From: Paramecium tetraurelia
Lineage: Eukaryota
Assembly (NCBI GenBank): GCA_000165425.1
Contig: CT867997.1
Coordinates: 620,001 to 682,700 of the forward strand
Direction of reading: 5' to 3'
DNA length: 62,700 bases
Numbering within the stretch: the stretch's first letter is position 1; each line of letters starts with the position of its first letter. Of this stretch, positions 26,831-41,232 are shown in pieces. The notes below the pieces were generated by a model. It was not told the origin of the DNA. It worked only from the letters and a program-made list of their open reading frames with translations, and made no database searches. The position numbers and the translations under genes are program-made.

Positions 26831-29600
26831 TCACCTTAAGATAATAAATGTTGATATGAATTGGGGTTGAACTTAGAATTAGTTTACTTAAGTTTAACTT
26901 TTTGTTTTATTGAGTTTATACCAGTCTATTATAAATAATTGATTGAATACTTAATTTAGAAGATTACCATTCTTCAATTGTCATCAATCCATTCATGGTA
27001 GTTTAATAATATTGGACACTTTTAGGGAATTCGAAATCGATGTCACCTACTTCTTACAAATTATGTATTCTCACAATGAAGTATTGTGACTTAGGTTCAA
27101 TCCTTACTTTAGATATTGAATCTTCATCTAAAACTACAATCTCATCAAGATAACTTTCTGGAATGACTTTATTTTTTTAGATATTGAATTTAGAAGAGAA
27201 ATCTTCTGCGAAATATTTGAGACCTATCATATCTTCTCTTAATTAGATTCTTCTGGCTTAGTTTGGATCTTAGGTATTATCAAAAAAGATGAGTTGGTGA
27301 AGTAAAGTTTAAGAGATTCCTTTTTTTTATTTGCATGAATTAGTTTGTTAGCATTTTGGATCCTCAATATCTTCCTTTAAAGCTTCACCAACTCCCCTTC
27401 TATCATCAGTTCCGATTCTTCTCTAAATCATTAATTCAATTTGCCCTTGGTTTAAACTTGTGCCACCTTAAGATCTATCATTAATAACTGCAACAGATTA
27501 ACCATTAGTTTAATTTAGCAATATCATATTTGTTACTGGATAGTAGTTTTGTGAAACAGGTTCAGTACTGATTAAGTTAAAAGTCTCTCTAAAGTTCTTA
27601 ACTCTCTTTTGTAAATCCAACCCATTGCTATCGGTATAAAATATATCATTGTTTTATATTCCAGTGTCGATTAACATTACTACTTCCTTACCTGATCTAT
27701 CGATGAAATCAACTGAATTTAGAAACGTCTCTATTTCGTATTCATCTTTTAAATGTTGATATTTTCTAATTTTAGTTACTACATCGCTTCTCTTAATAAT
27801 TAACTCAGTTACAATGTCATTATAATGTATTGAAGAGTGTGTAATGCTACCATAAGGATTAAGTTATCCATCAGGTCTAAAAATATAGGCTCCACTTGGC
27901 TATCTATATTCAGAAGAAGATTTATAATAAGCATATTTTAATTTAAAAGAGTTGGTAGTTATTGTTTAAGGATTTAGGATTGTAGATAGATCACTATCAT
28001 CATTGAGAGTAATTTCAATTCTTTTTGTATTAGCAGGATGCTTGTCATTTGATGGTATTATTTTGTAAAATTGAGTTTCTTCGATATTGTCTTCATCAAC
28101 AATGAAGTATAATACACAATCTTGATTATCACATAATAAAGTGCAATTGAGAGATACATTGTTTTCATCTAAGACTGTATAATGAAGATTTGGAACTGGT
28201 AATTTAATGATCTTATTTTGATTCATCAGTAAGGCTAAGAGTACTGTTTTGTTTGAATTTAACCACACATCTAATTATTTACATTCAGATATAGTTTTAT
28301 TGTAATAACATGTGTGAAATTCATAATTCTTATAATCTAATACTTATTCAGCTAAAATTGAGACATGTTTTCTCATGTATTAATCCAAAAGGGCTGATGA
28401 TTATTGTAATAATTTTATGTAATCATCATTAACAAATTATTTTGCAGTTCCAGTAATTGCATCATGGTGTTATACAATACCCATATTTTAATTATGATTC
28501 TATAATAGTTACAATAATTCATCCTCATCCTTAATGTTATTATATGAAATTTATTTGGATAAGAAAGTTTTTATTTGTTGGAATTCCTTACTTAGTTATC
28601 TAACATACCCTTTAAAACTAATTCTGGAAGTATAATAACCAGTCCAGTAGGATTGATAATTATCTGAGTAGGGAAAGAAATCATCAAATTTAACAGAATA
28701 TGATAATTGTTATTGATTTAATCTTTTTAAATACTAATGGGGTGTTGAAAATTGAATTTATGCTGTACTATTCCTCTTATTGATATTATCAATGACCTTT
28801 TCAATATTTTTGAAATAGCTTTCTGCAGATGACCATTCATTGTCATCCCCTAAAGTATGTACTATCGTTTCACCTTAATAAAAAGCAGCTTACTATCCAA
28901 AATATTCTAGTAATTAATTTGCTTTTTAATTGATTTGATTTGATTATATTTCAGGTGAAGATCTCAACGGATCAAAATCAAACCCTGGAGGACTAGAATA
29001 ATGTCTATAATTGATATGGCAGAATAATTCAATTCCTGGTTTTGGATTCCATATAAATTCCAAGGTTTTATTCTTTAATCTCTCTGATTTATCTATCTAA
29101 TCAATCCTAGCAAAATATTATCCATCCATTCCCATCATATAGGAAATGTAAGCAAAAGTTGATGAATGTCCAAAAGGATCAATTTACCAACCTACTCTTG
29201 GAATTATTCGAAATTGTTCATATAAGTATGTATGACCTCCAGTGAATGAGTCGATTATATCTTCATAATAAGTTGTGGCTTCATCATTCATCGACCAACC
29301 TCCAGCTGCAAACTCTAATTATCCATTAATGATCAATTGCTTAATCTTTTATTTAATATCAATATCTTATTCTTCGTACCATTTTTTAAAATATATCGTT
29401 TCAACCTGCACAAATCTTCTTCCTGAATCCTTTAATAAAGCAGTTGAATATGATGATATAATATTTTTCACTCCTGGTCCAAATTCATAGATGTTCCATA
29501 CTGTATCCAACCAACCAACATCATCATGAGAATGAGGCAAAAAATAAATCACTTTCGATTCTACTTATTATAAATGTAATAAGCAAAACAATATAAACAT
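26831..29600 (-). CDS. lysosomal alpha-mannosidase (GH38)
   Basis: Signal peptide, PHSHDDVGW, GGWSMNDEA, GWQIDPFGHS (nucleophile Asp), YWTGYYTSR, QHHDAITGT and FYTDSNG. Confidence 0.95.
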
Positions 29601-29985
29601 TAAAATAATAATTAATTACTTTATTATCTAAAATAATCTCTTAAGGGATCAGACTCTTTTTAAACTCTTATAACTCTCCTTTATTATCATTCTCAAGAGA
29701 TTTAATTGTTTTAATTTAGAAATCAAAAGACAATAAAATTTAAAATTAAATATTGATGTGTAGTTATTTTTTAATAGTAAATAACTGAAAGTCAATAAAA
29801 TTATGTAATCCCATTATTATCTTTAATTATCCACTTAATAACAACATAATTATTAACAAAATTGAACTTAAATTATGATGGAATTATGATTTGATATCTC
29901 ATACGATCTTTTTTATGGAAAGATCTATTTATCAATAAAGGATTTCTAATATATAACATAAATAAACTAAACTCTAATACATTAC

Positions 29986-30489
29986 ATGAAGAATAATACT
30001 CAACAGACTCCAATTTCCCCTAAGATGGCCATGTATATGAATGCCATGAAAAATAAGCATAATCAACACCCTCTTTTAAGTGAACAACTACAAAAGAACC
30101 AAAGTCTAGCCTAATTTCATGAGTAACAACAAAGTTAAAGAAGTTAAGAGTAGGGAAAGTAAGATAACTTACGGGCAAATAGTTCTTTTAGATCTTTAAA
30201 ATTCTAAGATTTGAACGTGACTCATAATCCTATTGATGTCATCAAACTCAAAGACATTCTGGATGGAAATAGAAAGGAAATCAAGGTCAAATAATAATAA
30301 TCCTAAGTTTAACATAAGAATTAACAATAAAAAAGTTTTACATCTCAAAAACACTGTTAAGATGAAGTCTTTGCAGAACAACAGAAAGGGGAAAAAAAAT
30401 TGAATTTGCCAATATAAGATTGTAAACAAAAATTTAAAGAAAATGTCAATTTGGATCTTGAAACACCAAGGTTTTTTGGAATGCCATGA
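29986..30489 (+). CDS. hypothetical low-complexity protein
   Basis: 504-nt frame MKNNTQQTPISPKMAMY...ETPRFFGMP-TGA. Confidence 0.6.
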
Positions 30490-30564
30490 TCAATAATACT
30501 TTATTGATAAATTATTTTTCTTACCAATTATAAATTTTTATATTGTGTTTTCAACCTCTATACA

Positions 30565-31287
30565 ATGGCAATCAAACATTAATAAATTGATGAACCTCAA
30601 TATATATTAAAGGGATTCAGAATACCATTACTTAATACGTATTTTTAAGAACCTTTCATATCTCCTTAAAATGCTAAGTAATAAATGAGTTCCAGGAGCA
30701 ATCATCAACCATTTTTTGAATCCCCAACAATTAAAGCGGTCGCAACAAGTAGAGAATTTTATCGTTTTGAACCTTTTAAAGTCGAAAAACCATAGAAGAA
30801 CAAATTAATAGAAGAAAGATCACTATCACCAATAAAACCTAAAATTGTTGAAGATAACAAATTAAAAGGATTACTAAATATCGTTTCAGATAGAAATAAA
30901 CAAATTCATCTCAAATAATATGACTTTAATGTATGTGGATCAACTAGTAATACAAAAAAAATAAAGTTTAATTTTAAGAAAATAAATATTAAAATACCTT
31001 CAAAAATCCAATTTTCAAAAGATGATCCTGAAAATAATAAGAAATTCTTAATAAATACACTTCGAAAAAATTCTGTTATCCAAAATTAAATAGATATTTA
31101 AAGGCCTGTGAGATCCAAATCAGATATTGAAAGAGTAAGATCCAAATCGAATTTAAAGTAAATTAGTCCTTCAAAAGACTAATTAATTGAAGAACAACAA
31201 AAAAAGAAGACAGTTAGATTCAATGAATTGGTAGAAATTAGAATGTTTGATCGAATAAAATCTCATTTAATCAAACAGATAATGTGA
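30565..31287 (+). CDS. hypothetical protein with KKTVRF motif
   Basis: 723-nt frame MAIKHQQIDEPQYILKGFRIP...KKKTVRFNELVEIRMF...IM-TGA. Confidence 0.65.
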
Positions 31288-31346
31288 ATTATTTTTTAAT
31301 TGACTAAAGATTTATATAAACTTTCTAAAATTTATATTAAATTTGT

Positions 31347-31874
31347 ATGACAGAATCATTTAGAACTCGTAAATCATCTTACGTCAAAACTTGTCAACAT
31401 CTCTTGTTAAATAAAGTAAATTTCCCTTCACAAAATCTCATTATAACAAGATTAAATTGTATAAAACCCTAAGAACTACCTAAGGCTTAATAAAAATTGT
31501 ATCCTAAGAACCTTAAATAAGATAAAATCGGAAGCGACTCTGAACCTTCTTGTTTCATTACTAGTTTAGCAAAATTATGCAACTTAGAGAATACTTAAAC
31601 TCAAAATGTACTTTAAAAAAGAGCTTAGCAACGTTATTAATATGGATATGTTTAAGGATCAATGGATTAAGGTAATCTAATCAGAGTAAAGTCTAATTCG
31701 ATTAGACCCCGTTATTTCTCAAATGACTTTCTTACAGATCGAACTATGAGATCAAGTGTATCCCCAAACAAGAAGAAGGTTAGATTTTATGAGAAAATTG
31801 AGTATTGGGTATTAAATAAGGACAGGAAATTTGAATGTGATTTCAGATATTTTGAGACTATGAAATTGTAATGA
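31347..31874 (+). CDS. hypothetical protein with KKKVRF motif
   Basis: 528-nt frame MTESFRTRKSSYVKT...SPNKKKVRFYEKIEYW...-TGA. Confidence 0.65.
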
Positions 31875-32061
31875 ATACTAACAATTTAATTTATATAGAA
31901 TATCATTAATCAATAAGTTTTATTTACTTTTTTTAAATTATTACGCATTATTGTATTTAACAATTCACAGTATGATATGGTGTACTATTAGAGATTATTT
32001 TTCTAAATGTGATTGAGTATTGTAATTTCATAATAAAATAAAGTAAATTAATCAAAAAATA

Positions 32062-32715
32062 ATGCATTTATAAGGGTCAAAAATCACAACACTTGAGCCA
32101 ACTGTTAACCAATAAATGAGTAATTAAACTAGATAATTAAGCAAAGAGCTCAATTCCTCTCACTAAATACATCGTAGATATTCTACAAATGGAGTAAATC
32201 ACTAAGATGTTTGCAAAATTTAAGATAAATATTCAAAATAGTTAAATCACCTTTTACACATCAAATATTAGAATATGCTTTAACTTTTCAAAAAGAAATA
32301 ATATATTCGATCCAATATTAAGTAAAATGATAAGACTTTTGAACATGTAGTAACAAACTAATTCACAAAAACACAATCTCAGTTTGCTCCTTTGAAAAAG
32401 AAGTTCAATGGAAAGGAGTGGCACAAATACAATCATGAGAGATGTAGATTTCTAAGTCGATAAGGAAGTATTGAAAAATTAGAAACTAATCGAAATTAAA
32501 ATATTTAACCTTGCATGTTAATATCATAGGCCAATAGATAACAGAGATCTGTTTCTTAAATGAATAATAATCGAGCTGAATTAAATAAGATTTTAAATAA
32601 CAACAAGTGGAAAATTGTTAGAAGTAATTCATAATATAAAGAAAATCTTATTATAATTTTAATTGATGAAAGTTAACACAATTAAAAACAAAACAGAATT
32701 GTTTAGGTTGTGTGA
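32062..32715 (+). CDS. hypothetical protein
   Basis: MHLQGSKITTLEPTVNQQM, one tiny intron, then open to TGA 32713. Confidence 0.55.
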
Positions 32716-32755
32716 AAATAAATTTACTATCATTTTTCATTTATTTATATTTATT

Positions 32756-33712
32756 ATGAGTTAATTAATTTCAAAAATATTTTTCTAAAAAACTGTGCTT
32801 GTATTAAGAATTCAGGGTTCAATAAATTCTTAATTGTAAGAAATAGATTTATTAGTAATAGAGTGAGTAAAATTTCTCATCAGTTGGAAAATTATAATAA
32901 AGGGAGTGTAATAGCTTTAGGATTAATTATAAATTCATAAGGAGGCTGTCCATATTAAGTTGAAGTGTTGAGTAAGAAAATCAAAAGTTATCTAAATGGC
33001 TTGCCTCTATATACATTTGCAACTGAACAAAGTTTAGGCAATGCCTATCAATTGTTATAATTGGGGAATAAATCTTATGCTTAAAATACATCTAAGATTG
33101 GTTTCACACAAATGTACAAAAATAAACTCAATTTCGCAGACTTTCTTTAAAATTATGGGATAAATGTAAAGATCTCATTTATTCATTTAGACATTCTAAT
33201 ATTAATCGAGTTAAATTGTAAATCACAATTTTGTTGTAAACTCATCAATAAGAGGCAATAGTTAATAAGACATGGATTATTTAGATCAATATTATGGGTT
33301 GAAAACGAAGCAGGTAACAGACTAATGCTGGACAAATAGAAAGGAATAAATAAAAATAAATAAGGATTAATTAGAGAATAATGTATTTTTAGGGAAAGAA
33401 GCAAAAGACCTTGGGTTAGTAGATGAATTAGGCACTTATGAAAAAGTTTTAATGTAGCAATATCCGAAAGCAAAGATTATTCCAATCAATACTGAAGGCA
33501 AATTAACAGAGTATGAGAATTGGTTTAATTTGTTCATAAAAATATCATAATCAAGTATAGATAGTTTATTTATTTATAAAGGAGGGTTTATGGGATTAGT
33601 GCTATTATTTGGAGTTAAAGTTATGCTGAAATGGGGATTGATAATTTATGTGTGGAGATAGTCTGTCAAATAAAAGAAATTGAATAAGCAATTAGAATAA
33701 CAACAACAATGA
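32756..33712 (+). CDS. peptidase S49 (SppA/SohB)-like protein, probably inactive, with C-terminal TM helix
   Basis: VLRIQGSI, LIINSQGG, PLYTFATEQSLGNAY, SKIG and VFLGKEAKDLGLVDELG; hydrophobic C-terminus. Confidence 0.8.
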
Positions 33713-34893
33713 GTCATTCATATATATCAAAGAAATGTTGTTAAAATTCATTGTTCTTGACTGTCCAACGTAAATGAAAATGAACAAGTATCGCATTAAT
33801 ATTCATCTTTTTACTTAAAATGAGTAAAATCAAAATATACTTTTCCTTTTGAAGTTTTCGTCTTTTATTTTTTTGTTATCTTGTATTTATCAATTTATGC
33901 CACAGGGATAATTGGTTAGATCTTGTATTGTTAAATATTTGATTCACGTGTTTTATTTTGAATATGGCTATGTAAATAGGAGAGCATCATTATTATTACA
34001 GCAATTCTAATTTGAAATTGTGATTCAATACATATTGATTAGAATAATCATAATGTCTAAAGTTTCTAAATTCATCAATATTAATTCTACCCATAATATA
34101 AGTTAATATTTGATAATTGATGGTTCATTAATGGCAAAGATTAACACAAAATCCCTTTCAATATCCAACTCAACATTCACACAATTCTACCATTTAAGCC
34201 GATCTTCTAGATCAATATTTTTTATAGAAGTTTTTTAACTCTTATAGATCTGCTTTATAAGCACTTCTATAGTCTATTATATTAGCAAAAATATCATAAT
34301 TTTGACTAGTAATAATATTACCCCAACTTTTTGATAGTTAATTAAATTCATATACTATAAGACTCTCCTTTAAATTTAAATCGATTTAAAGATTTTATTT
34401 TATTAGAATTTATTCTAAAATCATCTTTGATAATTTTTAATTACAACAAAAATTTGAAAAATTCATTAGATAGTAACATTCAAGCCTTGATCGAATTCAA
34501 TCAAATTGATGATTAAAGGTTCCAGTCAATAAAATTTCAATGACATAAATCATTTGAATTAAAAAAATAATAAAATCGATACTAATATTTAATGAAGTAA
34601 GATAAAATTTGGCTATTAATTAAGTTAAATATATATCAAATTTATTAATCTAATAGATGGAATTCCTAAGAAATTATCTAATTCTGATTGAATTAATAGT
34701 TTGGAAAAAAAATTGTTAAAATATATTGAAAACTCTTTGACAAATAATTAAGTCTTATTTTTAACAGTATTTTTATAAACCACTTTAAAGGATAGATCAA
34801 TACTTATAGAAATTGGCTTATTTGATATAAATTTATTATAAATTATCTAAAAGGTTTATTATTTTTATTTTATATAATTTAACAATAAAATAA

Positions 34894-36501
34894 ATGTAGA
34901 AAATATAAGATGACTAATAATATATAAAAAATACAAAGAGCATGCAAAAGATGGTAGAAATTGCAGATAGATTAGCATCAACAACTCCTGATTTAACGAA
35001 ATGTGAGTTTCAATTTAATTTTTAGTTATTAATTCTGAGGCAATCTTAAAACCGACGAAAATGTAAATTGATCAATAAGGTAAGAAAGGGGATCCAAATG
35101 ATCCAAAAAATAAGAAGAAGCAAATCTAATAGAGTACTGTTATTACAAAAAATGAAATGACTGCATAAGATTGGATATTAAAGTGTTAAGAATTGTAGGC
35201 AATTTTGGAAAAAGAAAAAATGAGAACAAATTAATTGGAATTAGAACTAAAAAATAGATAGGAAAGATTTGTTAATAGAGAAATTGAATATAGAAAAACA
35301 ATAGAAGAATTATAATCTGAATTAAGGGCTAAAACAGCTTTGGATTAAGGAGATAGAAAAATAATGGAGAATATTTATAAGGATCACAATAAGATTATCG
35401 AGGGAATCAATAATATTCAATTAAGAACATCAAAAATATTGGTGGATTAGGAGAGGGATATTATTCGATTTTTTAATAATAAAATCAATGAAATAAAGAA
35501 GCAGTTTGAAGAGGAAAGAATTAAGAAAGGTAAAAATGATTAGGAGTATATTGAGAAAGAAAATTAATTGATTAGTGAATTAGAATGGATTAAAAACATA
35601 GCTTAAAAAATAGATAATGAAAATCATTCTCTGATGTAAAAATATAAAGAATTAAAAATATAGTATTAGACATAAGAGAATGATAGAGAAATGCTTTTAA
35701 AAGAGTTAATAATGAAAAAGAAAAAAAATGCCATTCTTAAATCATAAATATAATAATATGAGAAATTATTGAATGAAGTTTAAAAGGATGAGGTGGAATA
35801 AGATGATCAATCCTTTGATTAACCATCCTATCAAGATATTGTAAGACCTGGAAGTAAAGCTAAGGTGAGAATTAGGTCTGTGAAGAATTTAGCCTAATCG
35901 TAGAATAGATAAAATAAGGATGAATAATTATCAAAAAATCCCTCTTAAATTCAATAACAATAATTGCAAGGATCATAATCAATTCAATAAACTTTGTAAA
36001 GGTATGAGAAAACAATAAAATCTTTGCAATCAACATTAAAAAAGGAATAAAAGAGAGTGAGAGAATTGAAATAATTGTACATTAAGGAAATGCAAAGTAA
36101 ATCAGAATTAGAAGTAATTTTAAGGAAGTGCATAGATGATATCAAGGAAGAAATCATACAAATCAAAGGAGAAGCTAGAATATTCAATAAGAATAATAAA
36201 AGTAAATGTTATAGTAGATAATTTAGATAAATTGGATTAATTGGAGAAGGAAGATAGAGATAAATTAATTCAAACATTATTAGACAATGAAAAGATAGTG
36301 ACATTAATACATGACTAGATATTTTATGCAAATAAAAAGAAGGTCGATATTGATGAGCTAAATACATCAAAATAATAATAGCCACAATAATAAAAGCTAT
36401 TCTAATTTCCGAATAAATAAATACTATAACAATAATCTTAATAAAGAGAATAAGAGGAGGAAGGGTTTGATGATGGAGAGAATCCAGAAGATGAGTTTTG
36501 A
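34894..36501 (+). CDS. long coiled-coil protein
   Basis: Open E/K/Q-rich heptad frame (RQERFVNREIEYRKTIEEL; ENDREMLLKEL) with one early intron, ending PEDEF-TGA. Confidence 0.8.
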
Positions 36502-36537
36502 TTAGTATAAATATTTTAGTTATACGCAAATAATTAT

Positions 36538-37140
36538 TCATTAAATATTAATAGGTTTAAACGAGTAGTAATCTGTATTTCTTCTCTTATATTCTACTCT
36601 TCTTGTGATTGAAGTATTCCTTTGGTTGGTATTATTTAGTTCTAATTTATTTCTGGCTTCTTGAGTTGAATTATTCATCTTAAGAAGTATGTCTAAGTGA
36701 GTGTTATTTTGATGAAAGGTTTTATTAATTTATTCTGTGATTTCTTTGAGTTTATTTTCATAATCCTCTTTAATAGTTTAAACGATTGTTGTTTAAGGTA
36801 TTGAATAGCTTCTGTCTTGAATGTTTACGGTGTTTTTAGTTTAATCTTTAAGGATAGGAGTTGGTGGTTTATTTTCTTGATTAATCTTAGAATTATTAAA
36901 TTATTAGAAAAATTACTCAACTCTTTGTAATTCAATCTTTTTATTAAATGGATCAATGATCTCTTTGAACTTTGTCCAATTTTGAAATTGCTTAGTATCT
37001 TATTTAGCAATTGGTAATAAAATCTAATTATATAATTTAAATTGAATTACTTCTTCAATAAATCTAATGAATCCACTGCATAATTGTGAAATATCATCAG
37101 AACCCATTAGAGTTTGAAATCTTTGCTATGACATTGACAT
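36538..37140 (-). CDS. hypothetical coiled-coil protein
   Basis: MSMSQQRFQTLMGSDDISQLCSGFIRFIEE, an intron, then open to TGA 36538. Confidence 0.6.
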
Positions 37141-37211
37141 ATAATTTTACTGTTAAATTTATTTATATAATTATTATTTAAAGTTAATATAATTTTGAAT
37201 ATTTCATTTCA

Positions 37212-37776
37212 TCAAAATTATGCGTATGGTTGTTATCTATTTTAAGACATATCATTAAATCCACTTTGTTATGGATTCTGAGTTCCAATAGGACCAGCTA
37301 TTGTAATAATCTATCAATTACCAACTTATTGTTAATTTCCTCTATAAGAATTTATTGCCACAATTGCTCCAACCTACGCATATATCAATCTTTTTACTTT
37401 TAATAAAGCATTCACAATGCTAATGAAGATTACGAAAACATGGAGACCATGTAATCTACCCCAAACAGGATTATTTTTTTCTGTGGCAGTCCAAATAGAT
37501 CCAACTGACAATAACCAAATTAAATCAACTAAAATTAAGATTCCATTTAAAACCATTAACTAATCAAATAGCAATTCAATTAATACCATTAAAGAATTGG
37601 CTTTGTCATCTCTTGAAATCCATAAATAATAGCAAAAGAAAGCAAATGGAAAATTAAAATCTGTTCTTATTAAACAGGCTAGCACTGATAACCACTTTCA
37701 AATATTATTCATGTATTCTTACAGCAATCGATAAGAAAATTAGCTCTATTATTTTACTTAATTTCTTTGAATCCAT
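37212..37776 (-). CDS. small four-TM membrane protein (AGTRAP-like)
   Basis: Hydrophobic segments WLSVLACLIRTDFNF, LMVLNGILILVDLIWL and LHVFVIFISIVNALLK; three tiny introns. Confidence 0.7.
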
Positions 37777-38511
37777 CTCTTTTATTCAACTATTTATATT
37801 AATTCAAATAATATTAATATTTTTAAATATTAGACTGTTATATATTATTATCAAATATATTCAAACCAAACCCTCATGTTTTCAATCCTATACTAGAAAT
37901 AGTTATCATATTATTAATCAATTTGTAATGCGGAAATCCTCTTTTATCATTTACTAATAACATAATAGATATTACTGCTTAAAAAAAACAAGAAATTAAG
38001 TAATAATATAATTGAGCAATTCTTTTTATACTTAAAGATTATTATGTATATAAATAAATGATATAATAATAGTTTTTCAAAAATACTTATTAAATTCTAT
38101 TTTATTAATACCTTTATAATTAATGTATAATTAAATATCACTCTAAGTAACTATTAGTCAATCAAGAAATCTATCAAGTTCTATTTATTCAACTACAGAT
38201 AGATGAAAAGTTGGATAATAGAATGCCTTTCCGAATTCTCATTGAAACAACTTTAATTAATCTCATAAATATTATGACCACTTAATTTTGTAGTTTTATT
38301 ATCTAATGATTATTTATGATTCTATAGATTCCTATCGATTAAATACCATATTTCTGAATATGACAATAGCTCCATTAATCGAATAAATCTTTGGGTTGTA
38401 TACATGATTCAATGGCATATAAACAAAATTTGTTTATATCTATTAAATAATGAATATCCCTTAGATTTTAAAGCATCTTGTAAATGTATTTATTTATTTT
38501 ATGTAATAATA

Positions 38512-39035
38512 TCATGCTGTTGCTTTTTTAATAAATGTACGTTATGCTGATCTTCTAATTTTTCCTGCATATCTTCCAGCAACAGTATCAGCATCTTTAA
38601 CATCAGACTTGTCAAATTAATCTACTTTTGCCTCTTTTCTATCAACAACATCCATCAAATTGATTTCGCAAGTATTGTCACTAATTTAGATTTAAATTAA
38701 ATACGGATTCACAAACACATAGCCACCCAAATGCAAAAAGTCCCCTGTGACTCCTTTAACATCTTAAGTGAATTTGATTTTCAAAGGGCCTGGAGGTAAT
38801 ATGTAAACTGCAGCAGGAGTTCTATTTTGAATGATGAGAGCTGCCTTGTGAATTTATTACAATACACTAATACTTCATTTGTTTTAGCCACTATTCTTGA
38901 GAATCCTTCGAATTTGTCCAATATTGTTCTATATGGAGTTCTAATTGTCAATTCCATCTTAGCTTTCTTTGCTGCACTGAAACAAGCCTAATTTTTCAAG
39001 GCAAGTCCTATCACACCATTGGCGATTCTATTCAT
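38512..39035 (-). CDS. ATP5F1D: mitochondrial ATP synthase F1 subunit delta
   Basis: Presequence MNRIANGVIGLALKNQACFS, then MELTIRTPY...QNRTPAAVYILPPG...FLHLGGYVFVNPDNTCEINLMD, which aligns to the delta beta-sandwich. Confidence 0.8.
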
Positions 39036-39508
39036 AATTTATTTTATTTTATTTAATTTTTATATCTATATTTCTGAACAATGGATAAATAACAAACCAA
39101 TTAAACAAACTAATGTTATTAAAATTGTTCAAAATAAATATAATTTAAGCATTGCTCATTTAGAAATTCATTATGGATTGTGTTTCCCCTAAATACTCTC
39201 CCCTTAATAATTGAGAATTCATGATGCATGATTTGTTTAAACAATAACTAATAAGAACTTAAGTGAAAAATGATAATTGTAATTTAGAACATGAAACAAA
39301 TCACATATTGGATTAGAAGTGTTCAACCAATCCAAATAAAAAATTATATATATATATGAATATTATCATATAGATTTTATAAAATTATGTTATTGATCGT
39401 AGCATACTGCTGAGGGTTTATAAGGAGAAGAGGAACAATATTAATATTTGATGTGCGTTTATTGATGAAATTTAGTATATTTATAATAATAATTTAATAT
39501 AATTGTAA

Positions 39509-40417
39509 ATGGGGAATCAGGAAGGAATGTGTTGTCTTTCAAGAGAGAGGGAGAATCACATTATGAATAATGAATTAGTTATATTTAGGGAATATATGAA
39601 TGTGAAAATAACGGTGAAATTGGGTGACATCTAGAAAGAATCTGGAGAGAGTGTTAGTATGTTTTTGGTTATAAATAAAGTTTGTTTATACACAAATCCA
39701 GACAAAATACCGTTACAGCAAAATATCATCCAATAGATATATGACAATTTAAGTCGAAGTATTAATGATGCTAATCCTCTAGTTTAGTATGAGCAAGTGT
39801 ACAGTCAAAATTTGGAAATGAATAATTATAGGTGTATAACATATTATCGAGTGAGGGTTTTCGAAGTAATATATTAAGCAATTTTATTTAGTCAGAAAAA
39901 GATTTATTCTAATATTATAACGGATTCAGAGAGTGGTAAATAAATATTAAGAAATTAATTAGTTTATAATAGTTGAATGACGAAGAATTTAAGGATATTC
40001 TTATATGTGATTGTCCAATCAAGCAAAGTAGAGCATTTAGTTCCGAAGTATTGGTGAGATCAGTGATAGAGTAATGAATACCTTAATGATTTAGTTTTAT
40101 TGATGAATCAAAAAACAGATTGAATATCAAAAGCATAACCATGATGAATTGTGATAAGAAGAGTGTAATTTGTAATGATTAAAAAAGAGTCTCGTTTCCT
40201 GAAATATGAGCTCATCAAATAAATAGAAGAATCCAAAGAACCAACTTTAAGAAAGGAGAGACAGAACAAATTCATGAAATTTATTACTTCCACAAAGAGT
40301 GTTACATCCGATATGGGCAGACAAAATAAATGCGATTTCAGTTTGAAAGACTTTGATCTTGGAGATGAATCCAAATTGATTCAGGCACTCAAGTAGAATG
40401 AAACCGAAGAATAATGA
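39509..40417 (+). CDS. acylated protein with degenerate macro-like domain
   Basis: MGNQEGMCC N-terminus; ITVKLGDIQKE, YNGFRECLQQL, SEVLVRSVIDFI and NIKSITMMNCD; four tiny introns. Confidence 0.6.
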
Positions 40418-40541
40418 ATAATGTAACTATTTTTATAAATAACCAATAAATCCAATATGCCAAAACACTTAATTGTATTCTTAAACCTAATTATCAAATT
40501 ATCAATATACTTAATATATATATTAATAATAAAATAATAAA

Positions 40542-41184
40542 ATGAATAGAAAGAAAAATACAACATCAGTTCCTACACTGCCTTAGAGTAAAGTTAATCC
40601 ATAATATTTGGCTCCTCCCCCATAATAATTGAGTCCTAATCAATCATATTCCACATTCATCCCTCCTGAACCTAAATTCGATCCAAACGATTATATAACA
40701 GGATCAACAACCAAGAGAGATATCATTCTCTATAAGGAAATATTCGATTTTTTGGATTCTAACAACAATGGGGTTATTCAACCAATGGATTTGAGAAAGG
40801 CATTTGCTAGTGCTGGTAAATATTAACCAAAAAAGTAAATTATTTATCAAATGATTGCTGACTTCGATTAAGATCAAAGTGGTATTATTGAATTTAGAGA
40901 GTTCGTAAGAATGATGTCCATGAATCCAGGAGAAAAAGATACTGATGAAGATTTTGAGAATATCTTTTATCAATTTGATATAGATTACAAAGGTACTTAG
41001 TCAACTCAATACACTAGGTTATATATCAATAGATGACCTCAGAGAAATGGCATCTGAATGCAATGAGAATTTAAAAGATGAAGATTTACAAAATATAATC
41101 TAATCTTGTGATCCTGAAGGAAATGGCACTATCAGAAAATAAGCATTTATTAGGTATATGAAAAGTGCTCAAAAGAAAAGATGA
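40542..41184 (+). CDS. centrin-like EF-hand protein
   Basis: Pro-rich N-terminus; EF loops DSNNNGVIQPMD, DQDQSGIIEFRE, DIDYKGYISIDD and DPEGNGTIRKQA. Confidence 0.88.
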
Positions 41185-41232
41185 TGATATTATATTAGAA
41201 TATAATACATTTATTATTTATTAATTTAAAAT

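Noticed and set aside
33740..34351. Minus-strand protein-like fragments
   Set aside because: I could not build a consistent spliced ORF or assign a family.
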